Assembly (NCBI RefSeq): GCF_018350175.1
Contig: NC_058369.1
Span: 9,486,001 to 9,550,000 of the forward strand
Direction of reading: 5' to 3'
Origin: Felis catus
Lineage: Eukaryota
Length of the DNA stretch: 64,000 nucleotides
Shown one piece after another: positions 50,076 to 62,262 of this stretch. The translations under genes and the position numbers were made by a program. How positions within the stretch are numbered: the stretch's first letter is position 1; each line of letters begins with the position of its first letter. The notes under the pieces were generated by a model, which did not search any database, was not told where the DNA came from, and saw only the letters and a list, made by a program, of their open reading frames with translations.

Positions 50076-51020
50076 ATGACCCCACAGATGAGAGCGATGA
50101 CCCCACAGAGGAGAGGGGTGACCCCACCGAGAAGGGGGGTGACCCCACAGAGGAGAGGGGTGACCCCACAGAGGAGAGGGGTGACCCCACAGAGGAGAGT
50201 GATGACCCCACAGAGAAGAAGGGTGACCCCACAGAGGAGGGGGTGACCCCATAGAGGAGAGGGGTGACCCCACAGAGGAGAGGGGTGACCCCACAGAGAA
50301 GAGGGGTGACTCCACAGAGGAGAGGGGTGACCCCACAGAGGAGAGGGGTGACTCCACAGAGGAGAGGGGTGACCCCACAGAGGAGAAGGGTGACCCCACA
50401 GAGGAGGGGTGACCCCACCGAGAAGGGGGTGACCCCACAGAGGAGAGGGGTGACCCACAGAGGAGAGGGGTAACCCCACAGAGGAGAGGGGTGACTCCAT
50501 AGAGGAGAGGGGTGACCCCACAGAGAAGAGGGGTGACCCCACAGAGGAGAGGGGTGACTCCATAGAGGAGAGGGGTGACCCCACAGAGAAGAGGGGTGAC
50601 CCCACAGAGGAGAGGGGTGGCCCCACAGAGGAGAATGATGACCCCACAGAGGAGAAGGGTGACCCCACAGAGGAGAAGGGTGACCCCACAGAGGAGAAGG
50701 GTGACCCCACAGAGGACAGTGGTGACCCCCACAGAGAAGAGGGGTGACCCCACAGAGGAGAGGGGTGACCCCACAGAGGAGAGGGATGACCCCACAGAGA
50801 AGAGGGGTGACCCCACAGAGGAGAGGGGTGACCCCACAGAGAAGGGGGGTGGCCCCACAGAGGAGAATGATGACCCCACAGAGGAGAAGGGTGACCCCAC
50901 AGAGGAGAAGGGTGACCCCACAGAGGAGAAGGGTGACCCCACAGAGGACAGCGGTGACCCCACAGAGAAGAGGGGTGACCCCACAGAGGACAGCGGTGAC
51001 CCCACAGAGGACAGCGGTGA
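50076..51020. repeat. 21-bp minisatellite, about 45 copies, consensus GTGACCCCACAGAGGAGAGGG
   Basis: Directly visible tandem array with variant units. Confidence 0.98.
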
Positions 51021-52174
51021 ATAGGGGTCTTGGAGGACAAGAGCCAGTCTCAGCTTGGAGGAGAGGACCGGGTGGGCCGACGGGCCAGAAATTCGCATGA
51101 AACAGCATTGCCTACGCTGGCATCTAATACAGGGCTCTCGGGTCCACGACAGAGACTGACTGGCTCCCCACCAAACCAGTCTCCCTTTCCTCCTAAGCGC
51201 AGTCTGACGTTTCCCAGCTTCCCCTGCAGTCATGTGTGTCCCGCGAATAAATTCTAGCCGAAAGAATACGAAAGGAAGAGGCAGGTGCCGGGCCCGTAAA
51301 ACCTCCCGAGTACCCCTGTCCCTGCTTGTTTCTCGTCTGTGCCGTGACGCAGACGAGCACAGAGTCCTTGGAAGACGCGGGCCAACAATGAGGAGCCTCA
51401 ATCCCTGCTTGGAGGACAGAGCCCTGCCGACAGGGACCAACCACTTGGGACCTTCAGTGAGAAATAAACGTCCGCGGTGTGTAAGACATTACCCAGTTTT
51501 GTTTTGTTTTTTTTCTGTTGCTGTCGTAACAGGTCGTGTCGCCTCACAGACGGTCCTTGGAGGAAAGCGTATGCAGTCGCCTTTCAACCACGGTGCGCTA
51601 TACGCAGGTCTGAAACCCTTCGGAGGCAGTCACTGTACCTTACCTAGACTGGTTTTCTCCACAGTTCTACCACAAACCGTTGCCCCCAGAAGTCCTCCAC
51701 AGGCATTTACCGGCTGGAAATAAAGACCGCCTCGGAAGAAAGGCGTCGCTAAGTGAGGCAGAAGGACCACGTGCGCGCAATTGTTAAAAACTCGAGTTCT
51801 GGTTCAAATTCCAGCTCCGCTAGCTAGGTGATCTTTGGCCAGTTCATATCTGCGCTTCGGCTCTCCCTGTGGTCACAGGGGAGTATTAAGATTTCCTGAT
51901 TCATTGGGTCGTCGAGAAGATTGAATGAGAACGCACGTAAAGCTCTTTGGAAGCTGTCAGCTCCCCCTAAGCCCTAATTCTAACCGTGGCCGAAAGCATC
52001 TGCTGTCACAGGCAGCCAGGCTCCAGAGGTGGGTGCGAGAAGGCTCTAGACGCATATCGAAGAAGAACACGGGGACTCAGCCCTTCCTGAGCCCAGCCTG
52101 ACACGCCAACCGTTATGGGTCCCAAGTCTTCTTAGTTCGAGATAATTCTAAGAGGCACAGCATCCGACACTTAC

Positions 52175-52314
52175 CCTGTTAGCACCACCACGAAGTCCAT
52201 GACATTCCAACCATTCCTTAAGTAAGAGCCTTTATGGAAGGCAAACCCGAGGGCGATGATTTTAATGCCGGCCTCGAAACAAAAAATTCCAATGAAGTAT
52301 GGTTCTGTGTCATC
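52175..52314 (-). CDS. CACNA1A: CACNA1A coding exon 3 (140 nt), domain I S2-S3
   Basis: CTTCTCTCCCTTCCAG acceptor, then [46 protein letters not shown] + GG, then donor GTAAGT at 52174-52169. GFAFHKG is the Cav2.1 form. Confidence 0.98.
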
Positions 52315-52611
52315 CTGGAAGGGAGAGAAGGTCAAGGTCAAGGTCTTTGGCTGGGCAGAGGGTAGGCTGATCAGGGACCCCGCCCACCTGGAGACCTCTA
52401 CCCGTTTTCCCTCACCTCTCCTATCCCACCCCTGCACTCACTGTCCCCCAATGCATCCTGCTTGGAGTCGTCTTGCCTGAAGGCTCTTGCAAGGGAAGCA
52501 CCCTCCTTCTATCCCTTCGGCCAGCCTCACCTATCACTTGGCCAAACAGAATTGCTTGCTTGGACCTGTGTTGACGGCCACTGGTCACATGTGTTTATTT
52601 TTTTTGTATTC

Positions 52612-52844
52612 TTTTTTTTAATGTTTATTTATTTTTGAGAGAGAAAGACAGGGACAGAGTGCGAGGTTGGGGGGGGGGGTGTGGGGAGGAGGAACAGAGA
52701 GAGAGGGAGACACAGAATCTGAAACAGGCTCCAGGCTCTGAGCTGTCAGTACAGAGCCCGACACGGGGCTCGAACTCACGAACCACGAGATCATGGCCTG
52801 AGCCGAAGTCGGACGCTTAACCGACTCAACCGCCCAGGCCTCCC
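52612..52844 (-). mobile_element. CAN-SINE inside a MER3/MER33-like remnant (52565-52985)
   Basis: SINE body; flanks carry GGCCACTGGTCACATGTG and CTACACTGGACAGTGCAG. Confidence 0.9.
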
Positions 52845-54211
52845 TGACTTTTAATTAATTTAAATGAAATCACAAGACATTCAGCGTCTCAGCCACACTA
52901 GCCACGTTCCGGTGACTGCTACACTGGACAGTGCAGACCCAGAGCATGTCCATCAGTGCAGAAAATTCTACAGGAAAGGACTGGTTTGGAATGTTTGTCA
53001 CACGCATCACTCAACACCTTTAAGGTTGGACCCTGTACTCCAACCTCACCCCCAAATCTGACATTCGTGATGGTTCTCAGCTGGTATGCACCAGCACAGC
53101 TGTTCAGGTTGTGAAAATATTGGAATAATACTTCTGCCATTTGCTGACAAATGGCCAGTGCCCTGGCCACCAGCCCCTCACTAAACCTCCTGCCAGTTCT
53201 GGCTTCCAGCTGACAGTCTATAACCTTTGAAATTAAGCTATAATCTCGGCTCCATCAGAGCCCCTACACGGATGTTTTCCAATTTGTTACAAAGTTTCTC
53301 AAGCTTCAATCACTTGAATTTTGCCTTCACGATTCTTTCCATATCTCCCTGCCAGGCTACTATTTGCTTCCTATTTTTCCAATTGACTCTGTTTACTTAG
53401 CTTCATCTTAAGCAAAACCAAAAAAAAAAAAAAAAAAAAAAAAGTCCTGAACTCATAGGTTTGCCGGGTTAGTGATATTTTTTAGAATACACATGATAAT
53501 TCACAACTATTAAAATTCAGATGTCTTGAGACCCATCCATACTTTGTGGATTAGGAATGAGTGGATTCTTACATCCCCCTACCTACCCTTGAGTCATTAC
53601 GGTGGTTCTGAAAAGGTGACAGAAAGGAATGAAGTCTCTTTCACTGCACTGTGAGAATGCCAGGAGAGGAGGAACCAGCCAGCGGGCTTGGGGATGGGTA
53701 AGGGGATCGAGAAGGATCTTGGTGCTAGTTTCCAGCTCCGCAGAGTTACCAAATGTGTAACTTTTTTTTTTTTAACCCCCAGAGCTAGCATCCATGATAG
53801 GAAACACAGAGGACAGAAGAACAAAGCCAAATGACATCATATACAAACAACCAGGCTAACATCAGAATGTGGGACGTTCCTTAGGGCAACCAGACTAGCT
53901 TCTGCAATAAGTCAAGGGTAGGAGGGAAAAAAATAATGGCTTTGGATTAAAAGGCTTAAGCGATGTTACAAAATCGAGTCCCCGCTTGGATCCTGGTTTG
54001 AACAAACCAACTGCAAAATGCTATTTCTGAGACGATCACGAAAATTCGATTCCTGACTGGTCTTAGATGATTCCAAGGAACCACTGTAAATCACGTTGGG
54101 TGTAAAAATGTCACTGTGGTAATGTAAGAAAATGCCCATATTTTTAGCAATGCAAGACTTCAATGAATTGACAAGTTGTCTGGGATTTGCCTTAAAATAT
54201 TTTGGCCAGGA

Positions 54212-54545
54212 GAGGTGCCTGGGTGGCTCAGTCGATTAAGCGTGCAACTTCAGCTCAGGTCATGATCTCGTGGCTTTTGAGTTTGAGCCCCACATGAGGC
54301 TCTGTGCTGACGGCTCGGAGCCTGGAGCCTGCTTCGGATTCTGTGTCTCCCTCTCTCTGCCCCTCCCCCACTTGTGCTCTGTCTCTCTCTGTCTCTCAAA
54401 ACTAAATAAACGTTAAAAAAATAAAATATATATATATGTATATACACATATATACACACACACACGTGTATATATATACGTAGGTGTGCGTGTGTATATA
54501 TATATACGTAGGTGTGTAGGTGTGCGTATATATATATATATATAT
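54212..54545 (+). mobile_element. CAN-SINE with expanded (TA/CA/TG) microsatellite tail (54426-54545)
   Basis: SINE body; TSD about ATATT(TT)GGCCAG. Confidence 0.92.
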
Positions 54546-54960
54546 TGGCCAGAAAAGACAAAACCGATGAAATAAAAGGGGACAGAGGACACGAATAAGG
54601 CAAAATCTTGACAACTGTGGATCTGGGTGATGGGTTCATGGAGGGGTTCACTGCACCGTTCTCTCCATTTCCACATACAGTCGATCTTTTTCACAAGAAT
54701 TTTGTTTCTCATCCGATGTTCCTGTGGCCAGCGTGGACATCCGTCACCCGCTGCCCTCCTGGCTGGCACCAGGTTTTTCAGGTCTGGGGGGGTGAGGAGT
54801 GAAGGCATCTTGCTCCCCAGATTGTCGGTGTTCACGAATTTAGGGGTCCCAGGTGGGAGGCTCACGATCCAGCTCCTGACTCCAAGTCCGAGAGCCCGCT
54901 CTGCCCTCTGCTCCCACGGCCACCGCAACTTGCCTCTCAAGCGAAAGAGAGACCCCCTCA

Positions 54961-55108
<148 letters not shown>

Positions 55109-55556
55109 TCCTTCCAACTTGTTGAGGTGCACAGCAAAACTCGGCAGAGGGTCAGGGGGGTCCCCATACACCCCCTGCCCCCTCCCCCATTCTCAACACC
55201 CCCCCCACACACACACACCAGCACAGAGCATCTGTTACACGCAATACACTCACGCCGACGCATCATTATCACCCCAAGTCCAGAGCTTACGTCACGGTTC
55301 ACTCTCGGCGCCCAGCATTCAGGAGGTCTGGACAAGTATACAATGAGACGTATCCACCGTGAGATGTCCTACGGAGTAGTTTCACTGCTCTAAAAACCCA
55401 GCAGGTAAGTTTGTGAGAAAAACGCAGACGTGATTCCTCTACCGCACCTCCAACATCCAACGAACAAATATTAATTCAGCACCCACTGGGTGCCAAGCCC
55501 TGTTCTGGGCAGTGGGGGCACACCTTACAGCCAAACAGACAAAAATCTCTGCCCTT

Positions 55557-55752
55557 GGGGCACCTGAGTGGCTCAGTCAGTTAAGCATCGGATTCTTGAC
55601 CTTGGCTCAGGTCTTGATCTCATGGTTCATGGGATCGAGCCCTGTGTCGGGCTCTGTGCTGACAGCACGGAGCCTGCTTGGGGTTTTCTCTCTCCCTCCC
55701 TCTCTGCCACCTCCCCTGCTTGCATTGTCTCTCTCTCTCAAAATAAATAAAT
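55557..55752 (+). mobile_element. CAN-SINE
   Basis: Typical head, body, AATAAATAAAT tail. Confidence 0.92.
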
Positions 55753-55814
55753 ACACCCCCCCAAAAAATTACAGTAGTCAGGTCTGACACCGAAAGCGTG
55801 AGTTAACAAAACAA

Positions 55815-56009
55815 NNNNNNNNNNNNNNNNNNNNNNNNNNNNNNNNNNNNNNNNNNNNNNNNNNNNNNNNNNNNNNNNNNNNNNNNNNNNNNNNNNNNNN
55901 NNNNNNNNNNNNNNNNNNNNNNNNNNNNNNNNNNNNNNNNNNNNNNNNNNNNNNNNNNNNNNNNNNNNNNNNNNNNNNNNNNNNNNNNNNNNNNNNNNNN
56001 NNNNNNNNN
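55815..56009. other. Assembly gap (195 N)
   Basis: Run of N. Confidence 1.
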
Positions 56010-56822
56010 TGGGCAAGTGGCCTGAATAGATATTTCTCCAAAGAAGATATTTAAATAGCCAATCAGCGCACAAAAAGATACTCAATATCCTCAGCTGTTA
56101 GGGAACTGCCAATCTAAACGCAATGAAATACTGCTCCATAGCCACTAGAGGAAAAAAACAAAACAAAACAAAACAGAACAGAAATCAGTAAGTGTTGGCA
56201 AGGATGTGCGAAACTGGAACTTCTGCGCATTGCTGTTGGGAACGTAGAGTGGTGCGGGCTTTTTAGAGACAACCGTTTGGTGGTTCCTCAAAAAATATAT
56301 ACAGAATTACCGTACGATCCAGCGATATATATCCTGGGGACACACCCCGGGGGATGGCAAACAGGGCAGCGAAAGGCACACTCATGGCAGCAATACTCTC
56401 AAGGGCCAAGAGGTGGCAACAACCCCCACGTCCCTCGGTGGATGAACGGGCGAACACAACGTGGTCTGTCCCCGCAGCGGGATATTACTCAGAAAATGAA
56501 AAATGAACTGGTAACACACGCCACAGTGTGGACGGACCTCAAAAACGTAAACGCGGTGTGAAAGAAGCCGGACGAGAGACCGCGCGGCATATGATTTTGC
56601 GCATGTAAAACGTCCAGAACAGGCAAATCGATGGAGTCAGGAAGTAGACCGGTGGTTACCAAAAGCCGGGGGAAGGGGTGGCGGAGTGACCGCTTACTGG
56701 TTTGGAACTAGACAGATCGTGTCCAAGAAACACTACGAACGTACTAAATGCCACTGAATTCGTCACTTAAAAATGGTTAATACGGTCATGTGAATTTCAC
56801 CTCAATACAAAAAAAAAAAAAA
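56010..56822 (+). mobile_element. L1MB-like 3' fragment with A tail
   Basis: GAATAGATATTTCTCCAAAGAAGATAT, AGTGTTGGCAAGGATGTG, ACTAAATGCCACTGAATT, terminal poly-A. Confidence 0.8.
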
Positions 56823-58829
56823 CCAATATGGTGGTCAGGGCAGGCGTCTGACAAGCCGACCTTTCAAGATCTGACAGAGGGAAGGGGTTGTCCACGCGGC
56901 TATTTCCAGAGGTACAGACTGTCCAGGCACAAACACCTTCCTGCATCGCGGGGACGCTCCTCTGGGTTGACGAGGCCGCCAGAGTCCCGCTGGAGCGTCT
57001 GTACTTGGGGAGGGTCTGTCCTGCTCTGTTCACATTAAGGCCTGATCTGCTGATCAGGGGGTGAGCCGGGATGTCTCGTCTCCCTCCCCGCCTCATGCCA
57101 GACCCACAGAGGCACCCCTGACCAATCTCTGAGAAGGGGGTTACAAGCGGGTCACGTGTAAGGAAACGGACGTCGGTGGGGAAAGCCATAGGATGTCGGC
57201 TACTCTGGAGCAGAGCTCCCCTACCTGCGGTTCACTGCAGGGCGATGAGTAGAGCCCTGGCCTCCACCCACCGGATGCCAGGAGCATCCCCCCCTCTCCA
57301 GCTATGACAACCAAAAATGATCTCCAGGTAGTGCCAAGTGTCCCCCAGGAATACGGAAACCCACTGTTCTGCAGAAGGATCAAAGAGCAGGTGTTGGTGA
57401 GGTTGGTCACATGAAACCGCTGGGCTCCTCCCAGTTTTCTATGTTGGAAGCTTAACTTGCCTCGTTCCCTCTTTGGGCCCCGAAGTTAGGTCTGGCATTT
57501 GGGGAGCTCCATAAAACCAAGGGATCTTATAGGCTGGACTCGCTTTCCAGGTGGGGAGAAGAAAGTCTGAAACAGACAACCCGAGAGTTAAGAGTCTAAG
57601 TAAACCAGGAAAACCAGGCCTTCTTTGTCACCAGCCTCGGCCTTTGCCTCCAGCTCACAGCGGCTGAGCTGCGCTCCGTGCACACTCTGAAAAGCAAATC
57701 TGACACTCAGGGCAATTTGGGGAGCCAACAAAAGCCGGCCCTGCCGACGAGCGCCTCTGATTGGCTTCCTGCCTCCGAGCTGACAGTCATTAGGAGCACA
57801 GAGAACAAAGCTGGGCTGTGTTGCACAAATACTCCATTCTGCCTCACCCTGCAGCCCAGAAAATAAGAGACAATATTTGTATACAGAGAAGCAACGCCAA
57901 GCCCTTCCCTGGCCTCCCCTCGCTGAGGCTTCTGAAGCCATGATTTGAATCTGATGATTTCCCTTCCCTTCCCCGCCAACTAGCTCCTTGCCCGCTTCGG
58001 CACGGAGCTGCCGGCTCCCTCCTGGCGGGGAGAGGGGGAGGGGGTACGTGGCCTCCTGCCCCTTAACAGCTGGGATGTGACTTCCTTTCCATCAGACTTG
58101 AGCTGAGGTTCCAGGAAGAGTCCCAGAAGACTGGCAGCAAGCAGCATCTTTCTGGGCTGCGTTCTCAGGGTTTCAATTGCCCAGTGTCGCCTGGATTTCA
58201 GACCCGGGGCCCTCTGGGTATGGTGATGAAGCCTTAGTCAGCATGGGGGAGAAGAGGAGGAGGCTGCCTGCTCCTACCTTATTTCTGTTTCTTATTTCTC
58301 GTCCAACGTGGCAGTACTGGGTATCACGTGTTACCTCCTTCCCCCTCCACGCACACACAGGCCCCGCCAACGTCCACAGACCTGCCCCAGAAGGGACCCC
58401 GCGACACTGACCTTATACCCTCACCGGCTGCCTCCTTCAGGAATGCAAAGTCTCGGGCCCCTCGCTGACCTGCTGAGTCAGAAGCTGCATTTTAGCAAGA
58501 CCTTCGGCGGCGGGGGGGGGGGGGGGGGGGTCTGTGTGCACACCAAAGTTTGGGAAATGCTGCCCTAGATCTCCCTAGATCTATTTCAGAGGTGGGGGGG
58601 GGGGGAAGGTAACTGTGGTTCTGAGTCATCCCCAAAGAGGTGGGGGCTCCTCTTTCTCCTCCACTTCCTGACCCCAGGAGGAGAGTTCAGGAGTCCTGGA
58701 CCAGCCTTCCGCTCTCACCCAGGCTAGGGGAGCTGGTAAGAAACCCAAGATCTTGATGACAGAACAGCAGCACTGAAATGGGACAAGCATGCAACAAAGA
58801 AAACTCCAGCTTAACTGACATGGAAGGAC

Positions 58830-59345
58830 TCACAGCGTTCCCACGGCCCCCATCTCACTCAGAAGAAGAGCCAGTCCTGCCGGTAGCCAGTGAGACCCCG
58901 CATGACCTGCCCGCATCACCTCCCCGCTCTCATCTCCTTCCATCTCCCCTTGTTCCACCAGCTGCAGCCACAGTGGCCCTGCTCCGTGTTCCCCAAACAC
59001 CAGCCACGTTCCACCGCAGGACCTTTGTACCTGCTGTCCTCTCTCCTGGAATAGGCTTTCCCCACAGACCCAAATGGTTCCCTCCCTCACTTCTTTCAGG
59101 TCTTTCCTCAAAGGCTGCATCCCCACTGAGGACTTAACCCCCTCGCCCTGCTCCCCCCCCCCATTTGGCCCCGGTCCCCAGTCAAACATCTGCTCCGTTT
59201 GCCTTCTTTATCTTGTTCACCGTTTGTCTGCCTTACTAGACTCGATGGCAGCAGAGATTTTTGTCTACTTTGCTCACGGCTTGGTTCTCAGCACCTAAGA
59301 GAGCATCTGCTTTATAGTAGGTGCTCAATAAACACCTGTATGAGG
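58830..59345 (+). mobile_element. LINE-2 3' fragment
   Basis: Ends GTAGGTGCTCAATAAA; body is the reverse complement of the L2 motifs at 33180-33420. Confidence 0.75.
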
Positions 59346-61126
59346 AAGGAAAGGTGGGTAGGTCCTGGTCTTTGCATCTCTCCCCCCACTTCATCGCATG
59401 CCAAGTCTCGATGGGCACGTTAGGCACACAATCAGCTTCTTGAAATATCCACTGATGTGGCTGGCATGCAGACACAAAGATGGGGTTCTGGGCTCTCGGC
59501 ACGGGAGCAGATGCCTGGCCCCAGGCAGAAGTCAAAGGTAGTCCAGGCAGGGGGAGATGAGGTTTTCTCAGCCCAACCCCAAGTCGTGCCCGATCCTCCC
59601 AATTTAGAAAGCCTGGGTTCTAACTCACAGCTGCGGTGAGCAATGCCTCTGCTCGCCGCGCTGAGCCTTCCTGCTCCCCGATTGGTTCGGGGAGAAAGCA
59701 CCTGTGTCAGCGGGATCCAGAATAATCAGCCAGCCAGCCGAAGAGGCCAAGGCGGGCGGGGCGGGTAGCTGGGGGGGGGGGGGATGTGGGGAGAGGAGAT
59801 GAAAGGAGAAAAGCATCCCTGATGGGAGGAAAGGCTGGCTCCTGAAACGGCTTGTGGAAGTCAGGATAGCAAACAGCCCTGCAGGCAAGGGCAGATACAC
59901 AAAGCTCCGCCCACAATTTGATCAGGACCCACAGAGGCCCCAGCAAGGGGCTGCGTGCGACACTGAAAATGACCAAGTGATTCTTCCCAGGGAAGAAGGG
60001 CTGCGTCTGCGAACAGGAGCTGCTCTTGGGATCCAGAACATCAAGGAAAATCAATCTGCAAAGTGTAGGCCTGGCGGAGGGTTCCAGCCCCTTAGCAAGA
60101 CCTTGCAGAATGTCTAAGTCGTTCACTCTTCTCTTTGTGAGGCCCCATCCCTATCTCATTCCCAGCCTCCTGTGGTGGTTGTGAAAATCAAATCAGGTTT
60201 GTTAACTCGTCAAGACCTTTTCTCTACGACGGGGTCTGCCTGATGTTCTGAGGAAACGGATATTTCAGTGAGCCAACCAAGCAGTTGAACTTGTGTGGAG
60301 AAGCCAAAGGGACCTTATTTTCGTGTTCGTTCCGTGCTCGTCACAATTACCAGGAAAAGAGCGGGGGGTACCAGGGTGCTCGATGTATGGGTTTAGGACA
60401 TATTCCTTGCTTCGCTAAACAAATGCCACCATTTAACTCGGCAATATGATAAACTATTATGGGGCCATTAACAGGCACAACACCCATAATTACAGCTGCT
60501 GTTTATCGAGCGCTTCACTGGGCAGACATCGTGCTAAGCATTTTACACTCGTTTTAGTTAATTCCTTGCAACAATTCTACAAGGTGGGTTCTGTTGCAAG
60601 CCCCACTTTCCAGATAGGGAGATCAAGGCTCAGGGAGGTTAAATAAATTGCTCAAGATCACACAGGCTATACCGGAAGAGCTAAGGGCTCACCCCAAGAT
60701 CCATGCTTGTAAGCTGGTGGTCCCCAAAGACCACTCAGCTGCTTACCCTCATTAGAAGGGGGATAGTTTTGTCTTTATTTGAAAACTGGACTTGGGGCAC
60801 ACCTGGGGCCTTAACCATATGGATGAGACCAATGGATTAGACCTCACCTGCGTCCCAACTGCCACCATTTAACGTAGTAACGATCAACTATTGCATGCTA
60901 ATCCATGCCCTCAGAAACCCATCCCAAGTGGGTTAGGTTAATGAAAATTTTAACCTCCAATAACCCAAAGAGTCTCCAGTTCTCAGACACGGGGTTCAAA
61001 GTCTCCAACGCACAGTACCAACCAAAAATCAAGCCTAGGAAAGGGCGTTACACCAGCTGATCAGCTCGAGACTCTAGTGGTGAGGACGCATTAACAAGGG
61101 CAACTCTGGGTACTGCCCGGGATGTT

Positions 61127-61147
61127 TTCAGCACCGCGGCCAGCGAC
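61127..61147 (+). promoter_or_regulatory. REST/NRSF RE1 (NRSE) site
   Basis: TTCAGCACCGCGGCCAGCGAC; 18/21 to consensus with canonical half-site spacing; one core change (GGAC to GGCC). Confidence 0.7.
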
Positions 61148-61375
61148 AAGCGGTGAAGTTTAATTTCACATCCACCCCCCAGACAGTACCAGCCTGGGGC
61201 AGAGCAAGGAAACCCAGCGTCAAGTATTAACACTCTCTGCGACATTTGTAAAGATCTACATTTCACATCTGGGGTAGAGACAGAAAAAAAAAAAAAAAAA
61301 AGATTCATTATGTTACCAGGAAAATCAGATGAAAAGAAAATTAAAAACCCAACACCAAATAGGTGTGATGTGTCA

Positions 61376-61417
61376 TTTTTTTAAGTTTATTTATTTTGAG
61401 AGAAGGAGGGGAGGATG

Positions 61418-61479
<62 letters not shown>

Positions 61480-61607
61480 CCCAAGCAGGCTCTGCACTGC
61501 CAGCACACAGCCCAACATGGGGATTGAACTCACAACTGTCATGACAGTATCATGACCTGAGAAATCAAGAGACGGACACTTAACTGAATGAGCCACCCAG
61601 GTGCCCC
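61376..61607 (-). mobile_element. CAN-SINE with long (AG)n tract (about 61421-61476)
   Basis: SINE body ending CACCCAGGTGCCCC. Confidence 0.92.
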
Positions 61608-62059
61608 CGTTTTTCTAAATATTATCTAAGGATTCTCAACACGTTGGTTCCAAAAAGAGAAGTCTACCCAAAGCAGCTGGATCATGCTTCTGCTCAGAAA
61701 ACTGGAAATACATGCACGAGAAATCGTAGAGCAGAGTGATTAAAAGGGTTTGGGAGTCAGACGTGGTTTGGAGATTTATCTTCCTTCTCTGAGCCTCAGT
61801 TTCCTCATTCATAAAATACAAAATGTAGTGCCTACCTCATAGGGCTGTGTGAGAACAGAATGAGTGGACACGGACAATACACTTAGAACAGGACCTGGCA
61901 TTGCAGTACGTGCTCAATAAATGTTGAGTGTTTAGTTACAATTTACTCTGGTTCCTGCAATGGAATTTAATATTAAGAAAACATGTTTGCAAAAGCAGAA
62001 GATGGGGTGCATCTCATTGTGATCGTGCAATCGATGCTTAAGTTATTATTTTTACCGTA

Positions 62060-62262
62060 GGGGCGCCTGGGTGGCTGAGTCGGTTGAGCGTCCGACTTCG
62101 GCTCGGGTCATGATCTCACGGCTCGTGAGTTCAAGCCCCGCGTCGGGCTCTGTGCGGACAGCTCGGAGCCTGGAGCCTGCTTCTCTCTCTCTGCCCCCAA
62201 CCCACTCGCATTCTGTCTCCATCTCTCTCAAAGATAAATAAACATTAAAAAATTTTTTTAAA
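62060..62262 (+). mobile_element. CAN-SINE
   Basis: Typical head, internal deletion, A tail. Confidence 0.92.

Larger units (their letters stand above)
1..52174 (-). other. CACNA1A: 5' part of large CACNA1A intron 3
   Basis: Begins GTAAGT after exon 3; I did not find the expected next exon (S4 segment, ...RTLRAVRVLRPLKLVSG...) in the window. Confidence 0.85.

Noticed and set aside
49910-51440. Long ORFs (460, 386, 325 aa and others) on both strands
   Set aside because: Products of a stop-poor 21-bp (3n) minisatellite; 7-residue periodic, open in several frames at once, no splice or homology support.
52171-52437. 88-aa ORF as a standalone gene
   Set aside because: Only 52175-52314 is coding (exon 3); the remainder is intron 2 read-through.
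59287-59307. RE1-like CTCAGCACCTAAGAGAGCATC in an L2 3' end
   Set aside because: Only 14/21 with a core mismatch; explained by the L2 consensus.
60254-60262. ATATCCGTT on the minus strand as an alternative U12 donor
   Set aside because: Mismatch in the highly conserved ATATCCTT consensus and no exon-like upstream sequence.
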